64,000 bases of DNA from Vicugna vicugna (Eukaryota), in the NCBI GenBank assembly GCA_013265495.1, contig MU061814.1, positions 5,521,684-5,585,683 on the forward strand, in the 5' to 3' direction. This document shows positions 12,391 to 23,778 of the stretch, piece by piece. A program made the position numbers and the translations under genes. Positions within the stretch are counted from its first letter, which is position 1; each line of letters begins with the position of its first letter. A model generated the notes under the pieces. It was not told the DNA's origin and ran no database searches. It saw nothing but the letters and a program-made list of their open reading frames with translations.

Positions 12391-15300
12391 ATGTGAGAAT
12401 GTTCTGGTTCTCTGTGTTCCTGATACCACGAAGCCATGTGAGGAAACTGCACCCCTAGTTTGGAATCTTCTGAAGCACAGGGGTTATTGCAGGCTAACGT
12501 GTCTTGCGAAGGTTTCCAGGTTCTAGAAGAGGCAGCTGTCTGCTGGGACTGGTGTTGGCGGGACCCGGACCCTGTGCGCCCAGGTACGCGGGGCTGGCGC
12601 TGCTGCGGCCCAGGCACGCTCTGAAGACAGACGTGTGGAGGGCGGCTCTTCTGACGCTGTGCGGTGTCCGTGTTCTCCTGCTGCCTTTGCTGTTAGTCTG
12701 GGGGAGAGGCAGAGCCGGGGGCTCAGAGAGAACCGTGTTCCTTTTATGTCAGAGACCGTGCCGTCCGTCCTCAGATGATGGAGGGCCTCCCTTCCGGGTT
12801 GCTGTTGCCAAGCCTCAGTCTGAGCAAAAGACCAGATCAGAAGCCCCGGTAAACGCAGGGTGTCTGCTGTCCCGCCGACCCAAGACGCTGAGCCGTGGCC
12901 GCGGGACGCCCCGTGGGGGCTGCAGCCGTGGGCCAGGTGCGTGTCGTCGGGGCCTGGAGCAGGGCGCTCTGGCGCCTTCAGTCTGACGCTGTGGGCGCTG
13001 TTTCCTGCCACGGGGGTGCTTTTGTTCCAGAGGCATGTGTTGCTGCTTTGGGTTTATGGGCAGTTGCCTGGTGAGCGCCGGCCGCGTGGGGCCGGGTGTG
13101 AGCGCGGCCCCTCTGGAGCGCCAGCGCCTGTGGCCTGTCCTTCCGCTCGGCTCCCGCGGGGCGAGCTGCAGCCCCGCGTCATCTGGGGATGCAGAACAGG
13201 TTGCTTTCGCTGCCTGTTCTTGATTTCCTGGTAAAGGTTTTCATGTTTTTTCTTGGAGTGGTCATGTGAACGCTCTTTTTTCCCTTCCCAAAAAGTTACT
13301 CCAATTAAAGAACAGAATTCAGCACCGTGCTAGCACATTCCTGTCAGAAGCGGGCGGGCAGGCGGGAGCCCTGCTCAGGTACCTCTGTGCTTTGCTGTTG
13401 CCCCGCCCCCCTCTGAAATCGCCCTCTGCCCTTGGGAGGTGCGCACGCAGGTGTCATGCTTGTGAAGGAAACAGAGCGAGTTGGGCTGCCCGCCCACGGC
13501 TGTAAGCTGGGTTGGAATATCCTAATTGTTTTTCACTTATGAAAATCTCCCAACCTTCAGAGTCGAGGAGCTGCTACTCTGAGGAACCCCCGGACTCCCA
13601 CCATGGTGCTCATGCGGGTCCAGCTGGGGAAGGGGTTCTTGAGCTCTCGGCCGTGAGCGCCTTCACTGTGGAAGAGGGTGCAGGCCCTGGGCAGAGGCTG
13701 AGAGGATGGGGGGACAGAAGTGAGGGTGCCTCACGCCGGGAGAGCGCAGGAAGGAGTGTGGGTGCCGCTGGTGTGGGAAACAGAAGGCGGCCCCTCCTTC
13801 GCTGTCCCGCCGCTCTCCTCTCTCCTTGCAGGCTGGCAAGGGGACCTTGGTGACGTCCCTGAGCTGAGTGGGGCGGTGGGACCGTGCGGGAGTGCTTGGC
13901 TTCACTGAGGTGTCCGGCACATGGGGCCTGCCTGTCCGGGAGGTTGTGCCTTCCCCCTGAGAGGACTGTGGGGCTGGCCTGGACCCTTGGCATCCCTTGC
14001 TGTGCCGGCGCCTCTGTGTCCCCAGTGCTGCGGCAGCAGGGCCTCCTGAGCTGCCTGCCTCCGCAGGGTGCCGCTGGGGGCTGGGCGGGTCAGTTGTCAG
14101 GGCGGAGGTTTCCTCGTGGCGGGGGCTGTGGAGCCAAATAGGAATGTGGGGCTTGGGCTCATCTGCGGTTTAGTCTCCTAGCTGGAAGGCCGGGCGTCTG
14201 GGTCCTGTCCGCCGCGGCACCGAGGAAGGTGTGTCCGGCCCCTTCATACCCAGCCTTCACCAAGAGTTAGCAGAGAGCCGAGAGCGGGCCTGAGGGGCTT
14301 TGTCCACGCGCACCTCCGAGTGGCCGGCGTTCCTGCTGCACGGCCCGCCCTGCCGGCCGTGCACACAGCAGCAGGCTCGGCGCAGCACCTGTGAGACCCC
14401 GACGCGCGCTTGGAGCCTGGGGAGGAAGACGTCGGGCAAGGATGCCGCCGTGCCCAGACTGCGCCCGGCTGCCCCGCGGGAGCCGAGCCACCGGAGAGGA
14501 GAGACGGACACGGCCTCCCCCGGCTGGAGCTTCCCGCTCTGCAGACTCGGCAGCAGGCTTGTGCCGCGAGGTTTTCTCTCCTCCAAACCGAGCTCTTCCG
14601 GCCGCGGAGACTTCATCAGCTGCTGCTGGAACGTGTGCAAGCCCGGCCATCACCGAGGGCCCCACACCCGGGCTGGGGCGTCGGCTGGCCGCACGGAAGA
14701 CCGCTGACCTCGCTGCCCAGGGGAGGGGCCGGCCTCGTGGGACTGGCGAGTCCTTAGTCTCCGGGTGTCCGGTTGTATTCTTGGTATAAGGCAGAAAGGG
14801 TGAGCAGCGACGTTTGTGGGGTTCAGACACTGAGCTCACCGGCACTTTGAGAAGGAGCCGTTCAGGGCCCTGAGGTTCCACGTGTAGCCCTGCACTGTGC
14901 TCACGCCGCTCGGTGTCACAGCTTCCTTTTTCTGGTTCCCTGTGTCCTTGTCCTTGTCCTCTGCCACTTGAAGTGTGAGCCCACCTCTCCCTGGCCGCGG
15001 CGTGCGCTGTTGCTGGGACCAAGACCGCTCCCGGCCTGCCAGCAGCAGCGGGGAGCTGTGGTGGGCCATCCCACTCGCAGAGTCTCCAGCTTTAGGGGCT
15101 GCGCAGAGGCCAGAGGTGGCGTGGGTGCCGGAGGACACAGCTGTGATCCGGCGGGTCTGCGCTGCACAGTGGGGGTGGCTCTGGCGGCTGCGGACCGTGA
15201 GGTCATGACGTGGCAGGGAGGCCAGAATTAGCTTTAAAAAGCCATCCCAGCAGGTCTCTGTACAGCAGCCCCAGAAGTGGAACAGATGGTGGTGGACGGG

Positions 15301-15529
15301 CTGGATAGGGCGGAACCAAGGCTTCGAAGGCAGTGGGCGAGGCTGGCAGCTGTCACCAGCATCACCCTCTGCCTCTTGAAAGTGGTTCTCTGTCCACCGC
15401 CCCGTTGTTTTCCCTCGAAGCTCAAGGGCAGCTGGTTGGTTGGGCGTGAGGTGGGGGCTCTGGATGTGTCACGCGGTTCAGCTGCTCTGGCTGCCACCCT
15501 CACCTTCCGCCTTCATGAGGACGGGAGGC

Positions 15530-16080
15530 CTGCCCAGCTCGATGTCTCGGGACGGTGGCAGATGCTCGCCCTCCCATTGGTCTCCTCACACAGCCCGTGC
15601 TCTGGCACTTCTCTGCCCCACTTCTCCTACCTGGAGGGAGTGCCCCTCACCTTGAGCCCAGACTGTTTCAGGGGCCTCGTCCTCCCTGCCTCTACCCTGG
15701 CCACCCTGCACTGACAACTCAGCAGCCAGGGTGACCCTGTGACCCTCTGCACGCTTCCACCTCTGAGCCCTGGCTGGCCTCTGCCTGCTCTCTGCGGCCG
15801 GTCGGGCCTCCCCTGCTGCTTTGTCCCGTTTCCCACTTCCCCACAGCCCCACTGGGCCTGTGGTCTGGAGCAGGCCTCCAGCCGCGCACCTGAGCTGTTG
15901 GCCCTCCTGCCCCCACCTGTGTGGCCTGCTCCCTCCCTGCGCTCAGACTTGACTCACACATCTTTTCAGGAACACGGCCCAGCCCATCCTGTTGCAGAAA
16001 CCACCCTTCCCTGCCTCTTCGTTTCCTTTTTGTTTTGTTCATGTGCCCCAGAACATCAGCTCCAGGAGGAGCGGGACTTC
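15530..16080 (+). mobile_element. L2 3' fragment
   Basis: Pyrimidine-rich L2-like text ending cagaacatcagctccaggaggagcgggact. Confidence 0.5.
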
Positions 16081-16579
16081 GGGTGGTCAACTGACAGATT
16101 TCCACTAAAGTGTGGTTCTAGGTCTTCATAAAAAATCATCAAAGAGCCTCGTGCAGCGAGTGAGTGAGAGTGAACTGCCGGGAAGAGAATGGGATACAGG
16201 TGGCAGCACTGAGTTGAGCAACAATTCTCTAGCTTTTCTTAGTTGGGGTCTGTTTGGGGGGGGATAAACGTCTCTACCACCATCCTCCTGTCCCATTGGA
16301 CGTCCATGTGGATGGTAGAATGGCAGCTTGACAAGCAAGCGTGGAGCTCGGCCCATGGAGCCCTGGGAAGGCCCTGAGGTGGACATGGCTGCCGAGGCTT
16401 CAAGGTCACGTGGAGACCCAGAGAGTGAAGGTCCCTCAGGCCCCTTCAGCTTTCCCAGGCTGGTCCCAGGTCCAAGGCTGGAGCCCACCTTCAAAGATCT
16501 GTTTAGAAAGGGGTTGCCCTTGAGTCTTGCTGCCCCTGCCCCCCATGAGACTGCCTCTGACTCATGTGGGGAGCACACA

Positions 16580-16640
16580 GCCCCGTGAGGTGAGGACTAC
16601 CATCATCCCCCGATTTGTGGATAGGGACACGCAGGCCCCT
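16580..16640 (-). mobile_element. MIR fragment
   Basis: ccatcatcccccgatttgtggatagggacacgcagg resembles the antisense MIR core. Confidence 0.45.
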
Positions 16641-16839
16641 TCCCCCTGCAGGCCCCTTGCACACCCAGTGCCCGGATCACCACCGGGCTCAGACCCTCCA
16701 AAGCCCCACCTTGCCTGCGGGCTGCAGGGGAAGCCCCCGCGGTTTCCGGATGTCTGCACTGGGCACGTCCTTGGAGCAGCTGAGGCGGCCCCAGAGGCGG
16801 CCCAGGTCGTGAGGATCTGACCTGCCCTGCCCCCAGGCG

Positions 16840-17250
16840 CGTCAGGACCGGCCTCCCCGACGGAGGTTAGAAGGGCGGTTAGAAGGGCGGGGACCCGAGT
16901 TGCTTGCCCCGCCCCGCCTGCCCGCCCGCCCGCCGCGGTGGCCGTCCGGGGGCGACACATCCTGGGCGCGCGCCGGACGGAAGCGCCGCTGGGACTGACA
17001 CGTGGACTTGGGCGGCGCTGCCCGGTGGGTCGGCCGAGCAGGAGCGGACTCCGGACACACTGCCCCCGTGGCCGTCGGTGCCCAATGCAGCCGCCCCCGG
17101 ACGAGACCCGCAGGGACGCGGCCGAGGACGTCCAGTGGTCCAGGTGGGGCCGCGCGGGACGGGAGCACAGTCGGGAGGGAGCGATGCGTCCTGTGGCGGA
17201 GACAGCTCCCTGCCGCCTGCCCCGCCACCTTTACTTCGCTGGGTGCACTC
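16840..17250 (+). promoter_or_regulatory. SLC17A9 CpG-rich promoter
   Basis: CpG-dense; GC boxes gccccgccccgcc (about 16906-16918); 12-bp tandem GGTTAGAAGGGC x2 (16865-16888); directly upstream of the ATG at 17085. Confidence 0.8.
17085..17143 (+). CDS. SLC17A9: SLC17A9 (vesicular nucleotide transporter VNUT) exon 1
   Basis: MQPPPDETRRDAAEDVQWS(R); donor AG|GTGGGG; 59 nt. Confidence 0.95.
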
Positions 17251-20200
17251 ACCCCTGCGGGCAGCCTCTGCCCGCCCACTGGCTGGCGTAGAGACCTGGG
17301 ACCCTCCTCCCTTCCATCCAGTCCCAGGGCTCCCTGCGCTCTCTCCGGGCAGGCGAGCCGGGGTCCTGGGGGTGGTGAGGTGGAGCTGCGTCCTGGGAGG
17401 CCCGCCTGGTGGGGCCTCTTCTGGGCAGCAAGGAGGGACTGCTCACAGGCATGGCCTCCTGGGCTGGAAGTGATCCTGCTGGATGGGAAAACACACTTGC
17501 AGGCCTGAGCCCCCACCTGTGACCACCCACCCGAGGGCAACCTGTAGCGGGACAGGCAGACCTTAGGCTGGTTGGGGGGCACACACGAACCTGCAGCAGA
17601 TGGCTGAGCCCTGGCACTGCGTGATGGGAACCAGGTCCCCACGGAGGGGGCTCAGTGATGGGGGAGGAACAGCCCAGGGAGGTCACCGTGCTGTCCCGGG
17701 TTGTTGTTCCACCATCTGCTGCGCCTGCAGAAGGCCCTGGGACAGCGGCTCTGCTCAGGAATGGGACCAGTCGAGCCCCCAGACCACCTGGGCCTCTGCA
17801 CTCCCTTGGGTTCTGTGGGCTGAGGGCCCCGCCAAGCCAGCCGGACCCCAGGCCCAAAGTCAGGCCCTGTGATTCCGGGGCTAGTCCACCTCCAGCTCCG
17901 AGTCCCCGGGGAGCCTGCACTCGGGGCCTGCCCTGCCTCCAGCACAAGGGGCAGGCCCTGAGTCTGGGTCCGAGATGAAGGCAGAGCTAGAAGGGAGGGC
18001 GGAGAGAGGCTGCCCTGCACCACAGAAACTCCGGCGGGGTGGGCAAGGAGGAGAGCCCCAGAGCCCCAGAGCCAGCATCACAGCCGGCATCCCCACACGC
18101 TAGGTGTGCCCGGACCAGGGAGCGCCCGCGGCTGCCTGCTCTGCCTCGCTCCACACCCTGCCGGCTCTAAAGGCGAGGCCCAGGTGGGCAGGCCGGCTTT
18201 GCAGCCTGCTGGGCGGAGGGTTGTGGCCTCTGGGAGGCTCTGCAAACTTCCCTCTGAGGCTGTGCTTCAGTGGGTCCACCTGGCTTTCCCTGGACTTCCT
18301 TCCACACCCAGTTTCGAGAGGAGCACCTGCGGGCGAGGCGGCCGGGTCATGGGGGGGCCTGCAGGGCCCTGGGTGGCGTGGGGCTCCGTGGGAAGAGGTT
18401 GTCCAGCCCCCGAGTGGCCAGTGGTCGTGAGGACCATAAGGAGGGATGCCGTGTGTGGCCACCGACCCCGCGGCCTCCATGTGGACGACCCCGGAGGCTC
18501 GGCCTCCAGCAGCTGTGGGCCTGCGCGTTCTCTCTGGCTATTGCCGTCCGCCCTCTGTGCAGGCTCAGTTCCCTTTTCTGAATCGAGGGGCCATGTGACC
18601 ACGAGTTTGCCCAGCCGTGGATGCTTCTCATGCACAAGGGCCATTTTCAGGAAGCAGGAGTTTCCAGAAGGTTCTTAGGAAGCATCCAGAATAGCTGGGG
18701 GCAGAGGCTTAGGGCTGGCCAAGTGGGCGGGGTGAGACCCTCCAGGCCCCTGGTGTCTGTCCTGCCGGAACCTCTGTGTCCTAAGCAGCCGCCTGCAGGT
18801 CCGGGACTCTGCGTCTGCGTCCCCATCAGCCTCCCAGCAGCTGGGGACCTGGGCAGCCCCCTCCGGCCACACTTGCCTGTTCTGTGTCCCCTGTGGCTGT
18901 GGAGGACGTCCCTTTGCCCGCCTGCTAGCACTGCCCGTCAACTCAGGGACAGCACCGCGGGGGCCTCCAGGGCCCAGGGAGGAGGCAGCCAGCACCTGGC
19001 CCCTCGCAGCATCCCAAGGAGCTCCCTTAGCCAGTACCTTCAGCTCAGAGCGGACTGGTTGCCTGTAAGCCGTGGGCCTTTCTTGACCTCCCGTGCCCCC
19101 ATGGAGGCCGGGGGGCCACGCTGTGTCCGGCACCCAGCCAACCTTCCAGAGCGGGTCAGCCTCAGCTGGCCTCCCCCTACTTCTCAGTGGACTCCCCACC
19201 CAGAGAGCAAACAGAGCCAGGCCCTCAGGGGCGCTGGCAAGGCGCACCCAAGGGAGGGCAGGTGTGCTGGGGCACGGTCCGGCCCGCACACTGGTGACAC
19301 TTCCGGGCTTTGAGCCCATAGAGGAATAAAGCTGCCTTTTATTGATTGATTAATTGGTTGCTTTAATTGAGTGAAAGATCTTTACTGCTATAGAGCTTTG
19401 CAACTTTCAGAAGCCGCAGGCACACGGTTTTGTGTAATCCCCTAATTACCTTTTGACCTCCTCCCCCAGCTCCCCGCCTGCTGGGAACCACTCGTTTGTC
19501 TCTAAATGTGTCGAGCATGTGAAGCTCCCTCCTGAGGGCACTGTCAGACCAGGGTGTCGGGGTGGGGGTGTGTGACAGCGTTACCCCAGCCCCTGCTGCT
19601 CCCCTGGCGCCCCAGGCAGCACAGACCTAGCTGTGCCCGCGTGTCTGCAGAGGGCTCACCGGCCGGCCCGTGTGGCGACCGCTCCTCTGCCAGCCCACTC
19701 CAGGGGCCCAGGTGGCCGGCTGGACGGATTTTGCTGGGCAGTTTGGACTGCGCCGCCTCAGTAGGCCCAGTGGGATGGTCTGCTCAGTGGAAGAGTGTCC
19801 CCGCGAGGCCTGCAGCTCTTGGCCGGGGATCCAGGGGCAGGAGGGTGGGCTGGGGGCATCCCCACGGTCGGAACTCTGCAGGGGCCAGGTTCCCGAGCCC
19901 GTAGCGGCCTCAGCCTAGGGGTCCCATGTCACGAACACAGGCTCAGGCACTGAGCAGGCGCCACTCGGGGGCTCTCCTCCCCACCCCCACCTCACAGTCT
20001 GATTCTGAAAAGAAAACTAGCATTCAGGGCCACCAGGCCCCAGGAGGACCGGTGAGCTGCGCCGTGGGGCTCCACTCCCTCCGCTTGGCCGCTCAAGCAG
20101 GGGTGGGGGGGTGGAGTGGGTGGGGCCACTGAGACCTGTCCCGTCTGCTGCCCGGCTGCTGGTCCCATCGTCTTGGCTTCTGAGTCATTCCAGTAGCATT

Positions 20201-20984
20201 TTAAGAAGCAGGAAGTAGGGTGCAGGCATGATGACGGGTCCCTCCGCTGGTCACTGAGGGGTCCCTGGGCATTTTCCAAGTGGAGCGCCCTCCCCCAGCT
20301 TCAGCCAAGCTTGCTCGAGCGGCCAGCTCCTGGAATTGCAGAACTCAGGGTCTGTTTCTAGCACTGGACCCTGTTTCCCATTAGAAGTTCCAGTATAAAA
20401 ACCAAATACAGAGGGGTGCCCTGGAGCCCCACCCCGGCACCCCTCTGAACACCCAGAGACGCAGCCCGAGGTCTGTGGTCAGTACAGCCTCTTCACCAGC
20501 TCACAGGGGCAGTGGTGCCCAGGGAAGGGACGGGGCTCCCCCGAGTCATGCAAGGGCCCACACCAGCACCCAAGTCCCTTCCCTGGGAAGAGTCGGTCAA
20601 TGCGTGAGACGCGCACTTCATCAAGTTGCCTGGACTGTCGTTCCTGAACTCCGAGCCAGGCACCGGCCTGCCAACACAGATCTGTTCTCATCCGCCCCCA
20701 AACCCACAAGTGATGGTCTCAGCTGTCTCTGCCAGTGGGATTGCTGGGCCCCGCACCTCCTTGGGGGTGCAGCCCCGGGACACCCCCGCGAGGGCCTCTG
20801 CAGCCTGAGACAAGGGGCAAGCTATATCCTCCTCGCCTCGCTCCCCCGACTGTGGAAAAGTACACTGTGGTTTGCAAGGGGGGAGCGGATCGTGCGGAGG
20901 TGCTGGCCAGAGCACAGGCCAGTCACAACGGCTCCCTGTTGGGCACCAGGCACCAGCAGGTCATCTTGCTGTTTGTTGATCATG

Positions 20985-21065
20985 AAGCAGGCAGGTGTCA
21001 GGGCCACAAGCCTTTCTTCACTGAGGAAACTGAAGCTCGGGGAGGCCGGGTGACTCATCCCATGT
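20985..21065 (-). mobile_element. MIR fragment
   Basis: cactgaggaaactgaagctcggggagg matches the antisense MIR core. Confidence 0.6.
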
Positions 21066-22138
21066 GCCCCCAGCATGGCTGGCCTTGTGGCTGCAGCTGC
21101 CCCAGGGTGACAGTGGCCATGACGAGGTCTAGGGCAGCAGCACCTTCCCCAGCACGTCCAGCCAGCGCCAGGCCTCGGTGGTCCATGCTGCGGGAGGAGG
21201 GTGCTGGGCGACGGGCTCACTGCTGGCACCCTGGTCTTGCCCTGGCGATAATGGACACTTGTTGTGGCACCCACTTACCAGGTTCCTGACCAGCGTGCCT
21301 CCTGCTGGCTCCGGCCCAGCTGGCAGAATCTTCAGGCTTGAAGTTGCCCTCAGGACTTCCAAGGTCTCGCCCCTGGAAGGCATCCAGACGAGGGCTCCAG
21401 CCCTGCCAGGGGTGGTCCTGGCCTCCCCCTGAACTGTCCCCGCCAAGTCGGCCTCGCAGCCTGAGCCTGGAGGGGTCTGGCCGGTGGGAAATTCGCCCCT
21501 GAGTCTGCAGATGGTGTCCAATCTTCCACCGCCCTTGGCCCCACTCACTGTTCTCTGACAGCCAGGGGAGTCCCCCACCACATCCAGGCAGGGGTGCGAA
21601 GGGGGTTTGGGGAGCAAGGGTGAAACTCCAGTGTCCTGGCTCGTCCTCTGGGTGAGACATGCCCTTCCCTGCTCTGTTCTGAGAACTGCCCACGAGGCTC
21701 CAGCCGGCCGCACCTCCTAGACACCTGCCTGGTGACCTCCCGGAGGCTCTGTGGCCCTAACACCTCTGCCCCCTTCGGCTAGGCATCAGGGCCCCCAGGC
21801 TCAGAGCCCCTGACCCCGCAGCCTGAGCTTCCTCCCTTTGTGCATTTCACCCCCCACCTGCTCGGGGAGAACCCCCGCCCCAGCCAGGCAGGTGAGCCCA
21901 GGTGCCTGCGGGACTCCCGAGACCCCCGCTGAGGCTGCTTCAAGGGCTCTCCACTCTCCTGGCCCACTGCCCTCCGGTCGTGGCCCCCCCAGGGGATGTC
22001 CCCGCCCTGCACAAAGACCTGGCAAGACACCAGTGTGCCCCAGCCCCAGGCCATCCCCCACTGGTGCCCACCTCATCCCCCCCGCCCCCAAAAAGGCAGT
22101 GAGGCTCCTCTCTCATTAAAACAAAGCCGAATACATCT

Positions 22139-22260
22139 GGGTAGAGGGCACAGCTCGGTGGGAGTGCACATGCTGAGCACGCGCGAGGCCCTGGCTTCAA
22201 GGCCCAGCACCTCCACTGAAAGAAAAGGAAAGAGAACACACACACACACACACACACCCC
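22139..22260 (+). mobile_element. tRNA-derived camelid-type SINE (Vic-1-like) with A-rich and (CA)n tail
   Basis: gggtagagggcacagctcggtgggagtgcacatgctgagcacgcgcgaggccctggcttcaaggcccagcacctcc has degenerate A and B boxes; (CA)n at about 22236-22257. Confidence 0.8.
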
Positions 22261-23004
22261 CTCCAGAACTTTCTTTCAGAGCAGCTCAGCTTCACACAGT
22301 TCCATCTGCGCCACACCGGGCTCCCCGTTCCCGCCGCAGGCTAGGGCCCCTGTCGCCGAGCGGGACCCGGCCCGTGAGGCACGGCTGACCAGAGCGGGGC
22401 TTTGCTCCGATCTCGGCAGTTTCACCTGGTGCCGGGACCCCAGCCAGAACCCCACAGGCACGGAGTCGGACGGCGCCCGGACTCCTCCCGTTTCTGGCGG
22501 TTCCTGGCTCTCCTTGGTTTAGGGACTGACTGCAGAGTGTTGCTGGCCAGGAATTCTGTGCACTGTCCCCATGTGGACGTTTGTCTGGCCGACTGCCCCC
22601 CAGACATGGTGTTGGGTTGCCCGCCGCTCAGCACAGCCTGCCTCAGGGGCAGGGGCCCAGGGTGCTGCCCCCACCGCTGCCGCGGGACCCCCTCCCCGCC
22701 ATCTGCCTCAGAAGGGGTCCTCCTGCCCGGCCCTCCGCCCCCCGGATGGGTGACTAGCTGCCAGCTTCTGCCTGGCTGCCTTCTAGGCCCTGGGTCCTGG
22801 GGAGCAGCGCCCCGACCGCCTTCGCCCCATCCGTGTTCCCACCTCCGCTGTCTGAGGGACAGCGGGTGTCGTTCCTAGGGCCTGCCGCGTTCTCCTGGGA
22901 GTCAAGAGGCACGGTCTGAGAGGTGTCCAAGCTGCTTCCTTCCGACGCTGGTGGAGAAGGTCTCCGCCCCTCCCAGGCCTGACGGAGCCCCTTCTCTCCT
23001 GCAG

Positions 23005-23202
23005 GCCCGAGTGCCAGCTGTGGACGGGGACCCTGCTGCTGGGCACGTGCCTGCTGTACTGCGCCCGCGTCAGCATGCCCATCTGCGCCGTCTCCATGAG
23101 CCAGGACTTCGGCTGGAACAAGAAGGAGGCTGGCCTCGTGCTCAGCAGCTTCTTTTGGGGCTACTGCCTGACCCAGGTGGTGGGCGGCCACCTGGGGGAC
23201 CG
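23005..23202 (+). CDS. SLC17A9: SLC17A9 exon 2
   Basis: PECQLWTGTLLLGTCLLYCAR...SSFFWGYCLTQVVGGHLGD(R); ctgcag acceptor; CG|GTAACC donor; 198 nt. Confidence 0.98.
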
Positions 23203-23638
23203 GTAACCCCCTCCCCTGCTCCCTGTGCTGGGCTGGGGCTGCTCTTGGGGGAGGGGGCTGTGCTGCTACAGCGAGGAGGTGGCTCCTCGGAGTTGCGTGT
23301 ACGGTGGGGAGGTGGCTCCTCGGAGATGAATGTGAGGAGAGGCCCCATACACAGGAAGCCGAGAGCAGAGACCCGAGGTCCACACGGGGGCTGGGCCAGG
23401 GCCGCACGCAGCTGTCTTAGGGTGCTTGACGCCCTGGGGAGCACCGGCTCCCAGTGAGGCAGACGGACCCGGCTGGACCCTGCTCGCTCATCCTCGGCCG
23501 CCTCTGCAGAAGGGAAGTGGCGGAGGCTCAACCCAGAGGGCTGCCCCAGGCGAGGGGTGGTGCAGGCCCCCTCCCGCTCCTCCCTGGCAGGGCCTCCTGG
23601 CCTCCTGGCCCCCATGGCTGACCTCCTGTTTCCTGCAG

Positions 23639-23778
23639 GATCGGGGGTGAGAAGGTCATCTTGCTGTCGGCCTCCGCCTGGGGCTTCATCACCGCCGCCA
23701 CCCCGCTGCTTGCCCACCTGGGCAGCGCCCACCTGGCCTTCATGACCTTCTCGCGCATCCTCACGGGCCTGCTGCAAG
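23639..23778 (+). CDS. SLC17A9: SLC17A9 exon 3
   Basis: IGGEKVILLSASAWGFITAATPLLAHLGSAHLAFMTFSRILTGLLQ; 140 nt. Confidence 0.98.

Noticed and set aside
13318-13340. TTCAGCACC, left half of a REST/RE1 site
   Set aside because: The right half (GGACAG) is missing; the GGACAG at about 56190 likewise lacks a correctly spaced left half.
14332-14375. Hairpin TGCACGGCC/GGCCGTGCA with outer CCTGC/GCAGG, possible pre-miRNA
   Set aside because: Only 9 contiguous pairs with a 7-nt bulge; too short and expected by chance at this GC content.
14267-15022. 251-aa minus ORF and overlapping plus ORFs between GID8 and SLC17A9
   Set aside because: No recognisable domain, splice structure or promoter.
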